Made by a program: the position numbers and the translations under genes. DNA of 59,263 nucleotides, the filler included. It is 7 parts of 7 records of this genome, joined end to end, with 100 filler letters (N's around TTAATTAATTAA, not from the genome) between each part and the next. Parts side by side here need not be neighbours in the genome. Positions count along the whole stretch, not along the records: positions 44,309 to 52,603 come from SRR31156797_30663; positions 52,704 to 59,263 come from SRR31156797_30679; 5 more parts are not named here. The stretch is one strand, 5' to 3'. How positions within the stretch are numbered: the first letter of the stretch is position 1; the number at the start of each line of letters is the position of its first letter. A model generated the notes under the pieces. It was not told where the DNA came from, searched no databases, and saw only the letters and a list, made by a program, of their open reading frames with translations. This document shows positions 51,334 through 59,263 of this stretch, in pieces.

Positions 51334-52602
51334 TTATGCAACAAGCCTTTGGGTCAGCGACAGGATTTCATTGATCTCAGCCGGGCTGAATACGCCCCGG
51401 ATGCCCTGGGGATGTATCACGGTAAACGGTGCATGGATCAGATCTTTCTTTTCAATGGCTTCCCGTTCAATCATCACCTCTTTCAACAGATTTAAAAATG
51501 CCAGTTGCCGGCTGCTGAGGGTGGTGTGCTGCTGAATGAACTGTTCAAACGCCTCACTGACGGTTTCAGGAAAACTTTTCAGCACTTCAAGGCCCAAAAT
51601 ATGACGAATGAACTGGATAAAGCGTGCCTTTTTGTTCTTATATACCTGCCGCAACAATCCTTCAGTGATATGCGGATGCTCTGAATGAAGTTGCTCCGCC
51701 AGCGCTTGGGCTTCTTGTGCAGTGACCTCCTTGCCGTTTTGTAATTTCTGAAGTATTGGATGGCTGACCGTAAGTTCCATAATCAGTGCTTCCACCATGT
51801 CACGATAACGGGAAATGCTCACCGCTTCATGCTGTGGGCCGAATTCCACCATCTCCTTGTTGTGCAGTTTATCAGCAAGATTGAGGTGGACTTGGTTTGC
51901 GCCGGGGTTTTCCCGTTCACGAAATTTCATTAAAGGGCCGAGCTTGTCACACAGGGAATCCAGATCATGGTCACTGATACTGCTCCAGTAATGATTGCCC
52001 TGGGCAGATCGTATCAGGCTTTCCTCCAGTTTGACAAAGGGAACACTAAGCGGAAGTTCACGGATCTGTTCGACGATACCTGTTTTTAAGGTTTCTGCCT
52101 TTATCGTTTCTTCATTCAGCACAGCCAGTGAGTATTCCAGCAGATCGCGTTCAAAGCGCATGGCTTTAAAATCCGCATCTGAAAAGGTTTTGAACAAGGG
52201 TTTGATATGGGTTCTCAACCAGTGGAGTTTCTCATGGGTCAGGGTGTCCCAGAAAGAGGCTTTTCCAACGTCTGAGAGAAGGGCTGCAGCCTCTTTGACC
52301 ACCACGGAGGTTTGCGGCAACGCACGGATCTGCTCTTTTAGCTTTCCGGCTTCCCTAAGAACGATATCGGGTCTGTTTTGGGTTAATGCGGTTTCAATTT
52401 TATCGATTCTGAATCCAACCAGTTTTACAGGCAACGGCTCTTGGGGTGTAAGCGCTTTGCCCTTTGGGTTCAGTTTGAAGTATTCAAAATTGTCCCAGCA
52501 ATCAATGATCAGAAACAGATCCTTTTGTGTACACCAGGGTTTTAATTTTTTAGGCTCCAGCAAGCGGGTACCGCGACCGATCATCTGCCAGAACTTGGTG
52601 TA
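51334..52602 (-). CDS. hsdR: Type I R-M restriction subunit, C-terminal part (5'-truncated)
   Basis: Helicase motif VI KFWQMIGRGTRL, FLIIDCWDNF and an EcoEI-R-like C-terminus; upstream of hsdM-hsdS. Confidence 0.92.
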   Translation of the reverse strand, partial: YTKFWQMIGRGTRLLEPKKLKPWCTQKDLFLIIDCWDNFEYFKLNPKGKALTPQEPLPVKLVGFRIDKIETALTQNRPDIVLREAGKLKEQIRALPQTSVVVKEAAALLSDVGKASFWDTLTHEKLHWLRTHIKPLFKTFSDADFKAMRFERDLLEYSLAVLNEETIKAETLKTGIVEQIRELPLSVPFVKLEESLIRSAQGNHYWSSISDHDLDSLCDKLGPLMKFRERENPGANQVHLNLADKLHNKEMVEFGPQHEAVSISRYRDMVEALIMELTVSHPILQKLQNGKEVTAQEAQALAEQLHSEHPHITEGLLRQVYKNKKARFIQFIRHILGLEVLKSFPETVSEAFEQFIQQHTTLSSRQLAFLNLLKEVMIEREAIEKKDLIHAPFTVIHPQGIRGVFSPAEINEILSLTQRLVA

Positions 52603-52603
52603 G

Positions 52604-52703
52604 NNNNNNNNNNNNNNNNNNNNNNNNNNNNNNNNNNNNNNNNNNNNTTAATTAATTAANNNNNNNNNNNNNNNNNNNNNNNNNNNNNNNNNNNNNNNNN
52701 NNN
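52604..52703. other. Artificial contig spacer
   Basis: N run with a central TTAATTAATTAA. Confidence 0.99.
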
Positions 52704-53429
52704 CTTCACATCCACCTGTTCTGTAAAGCCTTCCATGCGAAAATTGCTCTGGTGAACCTTCAAAAGCAGGGCCGTGTTGTCGGTTATGGCATTCTCGTAA
52801 TCAGACAGGTGAGTTTTATTGGTGGTTCCGACTTCAACCAGAATGGCGCCGCTTTGGGACATTACATCCGGTATTCTGAACGCCCCGCCGATTTCCACAA
52901 GTTCTCCCCTGGAAACCGGAACCTCAAATCCCCGGGCCAAAGTCCCCAGGGCGATTAGAACCGCTGCCGCGTTATTATTAACGACAAGGGCGGCTTCCGC
53001 TCCGGTAATGTCGCATAACAGGCCTTCCACGTGGCTGTACCTTTCGCCCCGGCGGCCCAGGGCCAGGTCGAATTCAAGATTGCTGTATAAGCGGCCGGCC
53101 GCGTTCACGGCTTCCATGGCCTGGTCGGCCATGAGAGACCGCCCCATATTGGTATGAATCACTACTCCGGCCGCATTGATCACGCGCCTGAAATGAGGCT
53201 GGTTAAGTTCTTGAGCCTTTTTCGCAACCGCCGCGATCAGGTTCGGGTTTTCGAGTTCCGTCTCATTAAAATCTTCCGCCTGTTGAAGAATCCTATGGCG
53301 AACATTGTCGATTGTTTCACGTACGGCCTTAAGCAAAAGCGTCCGGGGAATATTCTCGCCAAGAGAAATAATTTGGGGGGCTTCCAACAATTGATCTACT
53401 TTTGGTAATCGTCGAAGGAGCGACTGCAT
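52704..53429 (-). CDS. selA: L-seryl-tRNA(Sec) selenium transferase, 3'-truncated
   Basis: LPKVDQLL, VINAAGVVIHTNMGR, VVNNNAAAV, SRGELVEIGGAFRIP and EVGTTNKT motifs. Confidence 0.97.
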
Positions 53430-53633
53430 AAAAATCCTCAACCAGGCGCGGGCTTGGTGCAATATCGTTGTATTCTTAAAATATTCAAGATATCCCAATA
53501 CCTAATACTACAGAAACCTGCGGCTTGGCAACTGATTATAAGTTAAGTGCGGCTGTTTGGGCAATTGATGCAACTGTTTGTCTGTTCCGCCCGGGCAAAA
53601 GCCGGGAAGCGGATCGGCTTTAGCCGCCGCAAT

Positions 53634-53659
53634 AAAAAAAGGCCCCCGGACGGGGGCCT
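53634..53659 (-). terminator. Intrinsic terminator after dsrC
   Basis: AGGCCCCCG / CGGGGGCCT stem with a T7 tail on the minus strand. Confidence 0.85.
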
Positions 53660-53682
53660 AAAATACTAAGAACTCGACAGAC

Positions 53683-54000
53683 CTAGACGCAGCCGGTCGG
53701 TTTGGCCAGGCCGGCCATCTTACAGGCGCCTTTACCCGGGCCTGAGGGGAACAATTCATAGATGTATTTCAGTTTGAAGCCGGTAACCTTGGACAGGATA
53801 CGGACCATCGGGGCGATACCGTTCTTTTTGTAGTAATCCTGCAGCATGTTGATTACTTTCCAGTGTTCGTCGGTTATGTCCGAAATACCTTCGGATTCCT
53901 TTACGTAATCGACCCAATCATTGTTCCAGGCATCAAGACTTGTCAGGAAGCCATCTTCATCTACTTCAAAGACATTGCCTTTATACTCGACTGTCGGCAT
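53683..54000 (-). CDS. dsrC: Dissimilatory sulfite reduction protein DsrC
   Basis: VDEDGFL, YYKKNGIAPMVRILSK and LFPSGPGKGACKMAGLAKPTGCV with both C-terminal cysteines (CX10C). Confidence 0.95.
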   Translation of the reverse strand: MPTVEYKGNVFEVDEDGFLTSLDAWNNDWVDYVKESEGISDITDEHWKVINMLQDYYKKNGIAPMVRILSKVTGFKLKYIYELFPSGPGKGACKMAGLAKPTGCV

Positions 54001-54356
54001 GTTTAAATCCTCCTAAATAATTATTTTCTTTCCTATAAATTCCTGCTTGGCAGGTAATGTTCATATCATTGCGTCACCCAATTTAATTAGCCGAACCTCA
54101 AGTGTCAAGAATTTTGTGAAAAAAATCTTCATTAACCCCGTTTTTTATACTTTATTCGATAAGAAAGACCCATCGATCGGTAAAAAGACCCCGCCGCAGG
54201 GCCTTGCTTTTTTTGATTATCTTGGCCCACATCTTGAACCAGCCTGTGTTGGAGTCCTATTATGTGTTATTATGGAACAGTTTACGGATGTTAAATAACG
54301 CATCATGTAACGGAAGCGGCCTGACGCATGCTCGCGGCCGGCGGAAAGGGATATGA

Positions 54357-55319
54357 ATGTTTGAAGAAAAGAAAATCGGCGTAGTGGTGCCGGCCTTTAA
54401 CGAAGAAATGTTGATCGGCCGCGTAATAGAGACCATGCCCGAATTCGTGGACAGAATATTTATTGTGGACGACTGCAGCACGGATTCCACGTGCGAAATC
54501 GTCAAAGGATACCTGGGGCCGTCGGATGAAGAAGACAAGGTGGTCCTGATAGAGCAGCCGGCCAACGCGGGAGTGGGCCAGGCCATTGTTACGGGATATT
54601 TACGCGCAGTTGAAGACGGCATGGACGTCGTGGCCGTAATGGCCGGGGATGCCCAAATGGATCCCCATGAGCTGCCCACGGTTATCGGACCGGTGGTCAG
54701 AGGCAAGGCGGATTACGTAAAAGGCAACCGGCTTATCAGCGGGGAAGCCTGGAAAGTCATTCCACGCTACCGTTTTTTCGGTAATTCCGTGCTGTCCCTG
54801 CTGACGAAAATCGCATCAGGGTACTGGCATGTCGCTGATTCCCAAACCGGGTACACGGCTATATCCGCGGAAGCCATAAAACTGCTGCCGCTTGAAAAAA
54901 TGTACCCCAGGTACGGGTACCCCAATCATATTCTGGTCATGCTTAATGTTTTCAACATGCGGGTCAAGGACGTGACCATACGCCCGGTCTACAATGTCGG
55001 AGAACAATCGGGAATACGGCTTAAAAAAGTAATCCCCACAATTTCCTGGCTGCTTTTTCGATGTTTCTGGTGGCGCATGATGGAAAAATACGTGATCCGG
55101 GACTTTCATCCCCTGGTCTTTTTTTATATTCTGGGATGCATCCTCCTGCCCCCGGGGCTTATTATCGGATTTTACCTGCTGTTGTACAGGATGATTATCG
55201 GCCCGGTCGCTGTAACCAGCGCGCTTTTCGCAGTCTTCTTAACAGTTTCCGGGCTACAGTGCGCTCTTTTCGCCATGATGTTCGACATGGAAAGCAACCG
55301 GGAACTAAAGGGCGACTGA
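54357..55319 (+). CDS. Family 2 glycosyltransferase (polyprenol-phosphate type) with C-terminal TMs
   Basis: VVPAFNEE, VDDCSTD, AGDAQMDP and DSQTGY motifs. Confidence 0.92.
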   Translation: MFEEKKIGVVVPAFNEEMLIGRVIETMPEFVDRIFIVDDCSTDSTCEIVKGYLGPSDEEDKVVLIEQPANAGVGQAIVTGYLRAVEDGMDVVAVMAGDAQMDPHELPTVIGPVVRGKADYVKGNRLISGEAWKVIPRYRFFGNSVLSLLTKIASGYWHVADSQTGYTAISAEAIKLLPLEKMYPRYGYPNHILVMLNVFNMRVKDVTIRPVYNVGEQSGIRLKKVIPTISWLLFRCFWWRMMEKYVIRDFHPLVFFYILGCILLPPGLIIGFYLLLYRMIIGPVAVTSALFAVFLTVSGLQCALFAMMFDMESNRELKGD

Positions 55320-55347
55320 CCCTACAGAGCTGGTTTTCTCCCGGGCT

Positions 55348-56514
55348 TTAATATTTTAGTATCATTTTTACGGCCTGGATGACGTCGTCGGCGTCCCTAT
55401 CCGTCAGTTTTGGCGAAAGGGGCAGACTGACCGTTTCCCGGCCTATTTTCATGGCGTTGGGGTAATCCTCGGGCTGCCAGCCGTAGTTATCCCTGTAAAA
55501 CGGGTGTTCGGGAATGCTCAGGTAGTGCACGCCCACGCCGATATTATGGGTGAGTATCTTTTCCAGGAACTCGTCCCGGCCGACGCCGCATGCCTCTTTA
55601 TTAAGTAGTATTGTATAGAGGTGACAGGCGTGCCGCTGGTCATCGGGAACCGGCCCCGGCGTGACGACCGGGACGTCTACAAAGGCTTTTTGGTATCTAT
55701 TCCATATTTCCTGCCGCCGGCCCAGATTTATTTCGACTTTTTCAAGCTGGTGTATACCGATGGCGGCCTGTAAATCCATCATGTTATATTTGAAACCGCA
55801 TTCCACCACGTAATAATGCTTGTACCCGTCGTCGCTGAATCTTCGCCAGGCGTCTCTGCTCATGCCGTGCAAGGCCAGCATCTTGGCCCGGGCGATGTGG
55901 TCGTCGTCCCGGGCCGCAATCATCCCGCCCTCCCCTGTGACCACATTTTTGGTAACGTAAAAGCTGAAACATCCGAAATCTCCGAAAGTTCCAGCTTTTT
56001 TGCCCTTGTATTCCGTCTCGATCGCATGGGCGCAATCTTCAATGACCTTCAGGTTATGCTTTTCGGCCGCATCAAGAATACGATCCATTTCACAGGGCCG
56101 ACCGGCAAAGTGAACCGGGACCACGGCCCTGGTTTTTTCCGTTACCGCCTCTTCAATCCTGTCGGGATCTATATTCATCGTATCAGGATCTACATCCGCC
56201 AGTACCGGCCGGGCGCCGCTGTGAATTATGGCGTTTATTGTCGCGCAGAATGTTAGCGGAGTTGTAATCACCTCGTCGCCGGGCTGGATGCCGGCCGCGA
56301 TCATGGACACGTGCAAGGCCGCAGTGCATGAATTAACCGCCGCGACCTGGCTTTGCTTGATTCCTTTTAAGTCGGCGAACATGGCTTCGAAACGCGCTGT
56401 TTTTGGTCCGGTGCCCAACCAGCCCGATTCCATGCTGTCCACGACCTCGTTGATTTCTTCATCGCCGATCAACGGCGATCCAAAAACCAAAAAATCATCC
56501 CTGACCGGTTTCAT
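55348..56514 (-). CDS. DegT/DnrJ/EryC1/StrS sugar aminotransferase
   Basis: NSCTAALH, IEDCAHA and FSFYVTKNVVTGEGG motifs. Confidence 0.95.
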   Translation of the reverse strand: MKPVRDDFLVFGSPLIGDEEINEVVDSMESGWLGTGPKTARFEAMFADLKGIKQSQVAAVNSCTAALHVSMIAAGIQPGDEVITTPLTFCATINAIIHSGARPVLADVDPDTMNIDPDRIEEAVTEKTRAVVPVHFAGRPCEMDRILDAAEKHNLKVIEDCAHAIETEYKGKKAGTFGDFGCFSFYVTKNVVTGEGGMIAARDDDHIARAKMLALHGMSRDAWRRFSDDGYKHYYVVECGFKYNMMDLQAAIGIHQLEKVEINLGRRQEIWNRYQKAFVDVPVVTPGPVPDDQRHACHLYTILLNKEACGVGRDEFLEKILTHNIGVGVHYLSIPEHPFYRDNYGWQPEDYPNAMKIGRETVSLPLSPKLTDRDADDVIQAVKMILKY

Positions 56515-56573
56515 GACGCCTCCTTGTCCATCGACCGCGCCTCAATTATCCCGCACACGGGTAGTTCTTTCGT

Positions 56574-58193
56574 TCACCTGATCCTGTACACGGAATACCC
56601 GCGGGCATTATATAGCCCCTTGATGCCTCGGCTGGTAAATTCCCGCCAATGCTTCAACTCATTCTCGGAATACTGGTTGTTTAAAAATTCTATCAAAAGC
56701 GCATCCCGGGTCATAATATGGGTGGCGCCGAGCTTCTTGAGTTTGAGGGCGATTTCTTTTCCTGAAACCGCCGAATTGATTACGGGCTTCAGAATCTCCC
56801 CGGAATAATATGTATGGTAAAAGTAATCCCTGTCGCAGTAATAGCCTCTACTGCCTACGAAAAGAAAAAGGACCCGGGCCTTGGGATTCAGATTCTTGTT
56901 TATATAATCCATGACCGGGTATTGAGCCAGGTTTTTATATAAATATCCTTCCCGCGACATTTTTCCGGCCAGATACGGCATGGGATCCCGCAACGACCAG
57001 AAATTCGCGGCATATAAAAAATTCGGAATCAAAAAGCCCAAAACAATAACCGCGACTATGACAGTTGAAGGAAACACGGGCAGCCGGGCCCTGAGCAGCC
57101 GCAAAATTTCCCGAAGCCCGAAAACCGTCAGGATGGCCAGCACCGGGATAATCGGAACTATGTACCTGGCTCGCAAATTATATTTAAAAAATACCATCAG
57201 AATCCAGATCAGGGCAAAAAGGGCCAAGGGCCGAACATCTTTTTCACGGGTCGTGATGACGGCGAAAAAAGGAATAATAAGCAAAATGGGATTTAAGACG
57301 CCGTCAAAGTATTGGGCCGAGTTATCCTGACCCTGAAAAAAAACCCTTATCGGTATCAGTAAAATTTCCCAAAGGGATTCCCCATACAAAAAATGGCGCT
57401 GATTGAAAATGCTGATTTTTTGTCCCGCCGGCGCCGTTCCCGGCAAATCAAAAAGCGAATTGAAAAGCGGATAAACCGGGTTTCCGGTCAGCATTGCATT
57501 TTTAACGGCCCAGGGAGAAAAGATCAGCAAGGCGATGCCGATATAAACGCAGGCCCATAGTATCGGTTTAATTGTTCCGCCCTTGGTCCTGCCCCTTATA
57601 ACGGCGACCGCTGCGCCTAAAAGAGGCAGCCCCAGTAAGCCGTTATATTTTGTTCCCATGGCTAATCCCAGGGCCAGGGCGGATAGGAGGAAAAATCGAA
57701 AACTACCCGTATCCCGCCAATAGATCAGGCTAATGACCGCTGACGTGACAAAAAACATCAGCCCCAGGTCCACATACGCGGACACGGAAAGGCGCATGAT
57801 CAAGGGCGTGGTTATAAGTACTATTACCCCGGCCAGGGCCCAGTCCGTTCCCAGGCGGGAGCGCAGGTAGATGAAAATCAATAAGGCCGTTGCCAGGCCG
57901 AAAGCATAATGAATGAAGTTGGCGCCCCAGTCCGCTCCAACGGCCAGGGGAATGAGGTATAAAAGATCCAGGTTCATGGGATAGTAGGAGAAAGCAGCCC
58001 AGGGCGTCTCCATAAAGCCGCCCGCGTTTAGCCATATCTTGGGTATCGCCAGGTGATGAATAAGAGCATCCTTGGCCGTGGGCGGCAGAAAACACAGGGA
58101 AATGCTCCAAATAATCGCGGCCGTTATGACTAGCGCCATGATAATTCGAACAGTATACAAGGCCGGATTATTTCGTTTCTCTTCAATAATCAT
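56574..58193 (-). CDS. Polytopic GT-C (ArnT/PMT-like) membrane glycosyltransferase
   Basis: Many TMs; DALIHHL..PK, AYVD, GTKY and TGNPVYP motifs; start inferred from a TGATG overlap. Confidence 0.75.
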   Translation of the reverse strand: MIIEEKRNNPALYTVRIIMALVITAAIIWSISLCFLPPTAKDALIHHLAIPKIWLNAGGFMETPWAAFSYYPMNLDLLYLIPLAVGADWGANFIHYAFGLATALLIFIYLRSRLGTDWALAGVIVLITTPLIMRLSVSAYVDLGLMFFVTSAVISLIYWRDTGSFRFFLLSALALGLAMGTKYNGLLGLPLLGAAVAVIRGRTKGGTIKPILWACVYIGIALLIFSPWAVKNAMLTGNPVYPLFNSLFDLPGTAPAGQKISIFNQRHFLYGESLWEILLIPIRVFFQGQDNSAQYFDGVLNPILLIIPFFAVITTREKDVRPLALFALIWILMVFFKYNLRARYIVPIIPVLAILTVFGLREILRLLRARLPVFPSTVIVAVIVLGFLIPNFLYAANFWSLRDPMPYLAGKMSREGYLYKNLAQYPVMDYINKNLNPKARVLFLFVGSRGYYCDRDYFYHTYYSGEILKPVINSAVSGKEIALKLKKLGATHIMTRDALLIEFLNNQYSENELKHWREFTSRGIKGLYNARGYSVYRIR

Positions 58194-58831
58194 CAGGCCC
58201 ATACCAATCCACACAGCCAAAGGGCGAAGCCGGCGGCCCAGGCCAGGATAAATGGCGCTGAACGCCGCCATCTATTTGAAGCGGATGAAAAAAAACTGAA
58301 AATAAACCCCAAAACCGCGCATATCCAGAAAACAAAGCCAAAGGCCGCGGCCGCGGCCGGGACAGGACCGGGCCTGGAAGGCCTTTGCATCAATTCTAGA
58401 TATTGCCTGGTTTTTTTATCAAGTTCGCTTTTCGTCGCCCCGGATCCCAGGGCGCTTGCCGCCCTTAACGAGGCCAGCAGGGGTTCGGCTTCCTCAATCA
58501 GGTCTTTTCTCGGTATGTAAAAGCTTGATGCGCCGTAAAGTCCGGAGCGCATTCTCGCCAGCACGATTACCGCGTCGGCGTTGCGTCCCGCCTCGAACAG
58601 GGCTTTACCTAAAATCAACATCTCTTCGGCCGCGGTTTCCGCGCTGCCGCCGGGCACGTACCAATTAAGACAACGGGCGTAATGCTTAACCGTGTCTTTC
58701 AGTTGTTTTTCTTGAGCGGCTTTCCGGGCCAGCGCAAGTTCATTGCCGGCCCTGTAGTTAAGCATAATAGCCAGGACGACGATTAAAACGATAAAACAGA
58801 CGCCCATCCGCACCAACACCCGTTTGCTCAT
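58193..58831 (-). CDS. Hypothetical membrane protein with a TPR-like soluble part
   Basis: One N-terminal and two C-terminal TMs; overlaps both neighbours, consistent with an operon. Confidence 0.7.
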   Translation of the reverse strand: MSKRVLVRMGVCFIVLIVVLAIMLNYRAGNELALARKAAQEKQLKDTVKHYARCLNWYVPGGSAETAAEEMLILGKALFEAGRNADAVIVLARMRSGLYGASSFYIPRKDLIEEAEPLLASLRAASALGSGATKSELDKKTRQYLELMQRPSRPGPVPAAAAAFGFVFWICAVLGFIFSFFSSASNRWRRSAPFILAWAAGFALWLCGLVWA

Positions 58832-59262
58832 GGGTTACGCTCCTTGACGCCTTTTATGGATTTAATCCTGTTTTTTATCGCGTCTGCCGTTGCCTGGTTT
58901 TCCGCTTTGGCCAGGGCTCGTTCATAGTAATCCAGGGCGTTAACCTTTTTACCGGCATAATAATAGCTTTCCGCCATCAGATACAGCGCCCTGGGGTAGT
59001 CTGGATAATACTCCAGAACTTTTTCCAGTTTTATGACGGCTTCGTCATACCGGCCGGCCTTGATGTAAAAAAGAGCCATGTTGCTCAAAAGGACAACGTC
59101 GCCGGGCTTTCTCGACAAAGCCTGTTCCATGCGCTTGAGAGCATCGTCGACCCGTCCCAAATCAAACAAGGCCGCGGCCATCTCATTGTCGATAAACAAC
59201 TGTTCTCTTGGGGAAAACACGTCCTTGCCCCTAGGACCGAAAAATTCTTCAACAAATGTGAG
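58828..59262 (-). CDS. Tetratricopeptide repeat protein, 5'-truncated
   Basis: Three TPR-like repeats; frame open to the window end. Confidence 0.85.
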   Translation of the reverse strand, partial: LTFVEEFFGPRGKDVFSPREQLFIDNEMAAALFDLGRVDDALKRMEQALSRKPGDVVLLSNMALFYIKAGRYDEAVIKLEKVLEYYPDYPRALYLMAESYYYAGKKVNALDYYERALAKAENQATADAIKNRIKSIKGVKERNP

Positions 59263-59263
59263 C

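Noticed and set aside
14411-52703. Six identical N-TTAATTAATTAA-N blocks and the abrupt composition and taxon changes across them
   Set aside because: Artificial contig linkers; adjacency across them is not biological, so no horizontal transfer or cross-contig operon is claimed.
32363-59263. Selenocysteine or pyrrolysine read-through, prompted by selA and the methanogen-like contig
   Set aside because: I found no recognisable gene interrupted by an in-frame TGA or TAG; all truncations coincide with contig edges.

Overview
The window is not one locus. It is seven unrelated contigs joined by 100-nt spacers (N44-TTAATTAATTAA-N44). (1) 1-14410: Vibrio-like core chromosome (degS, degQ, yhcB/zapG, zapE, rplM-rpsI, petABC, sspAB, dolP-diaA-yraN-lpoA, rsmI), ending inside an RNase P RNA gene whose P3 region is a triplicated 24-nt hairpin. 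(2) 14511-26800: Desulfobacterota-like DNA with a sigma-54 operon (atypical acyl-CoA dehydrogenase, amidohydrolase, AHL-type lactonase), a Tat-exported metallo-hydrolase, GntR and FUSC/HlyD efflux genes. (3) 26901-32262: part of an accessory type II FAS/PKS-like cluster, plus nnr and UPF0280. (4) 32363-37771: methanogen-like (Methanosarcinaceae) DNA with histidine kinases, a cytochrome b5-like gene, ribL and an aminotransferase. (5) 37872-44208: heme-c hybrid sensor kinase, solute-binding protein, nitroreductase and LysR; the LysR gene is bracketed by a perfect 15-bp inverted repeat. (6) 44309-52603: a type I restriction-modification operon with a C-terminally extended HsdS followed by an ABC ATPase and an HNH nuclease (Septu/PtuAB-like). 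A GxxExxY nuclease gene sits between hsdR and hsdM, flanked by two related palindromic repeats that each carry the ribosome-binding site of the next gene. (7) 52704-59263: selA, stand-alone dsrC and glycosylation genes. Contig 6 is the strongest candidate for an under-described system. All product and taxon calls come from motif recognition by eye; no database search was run.
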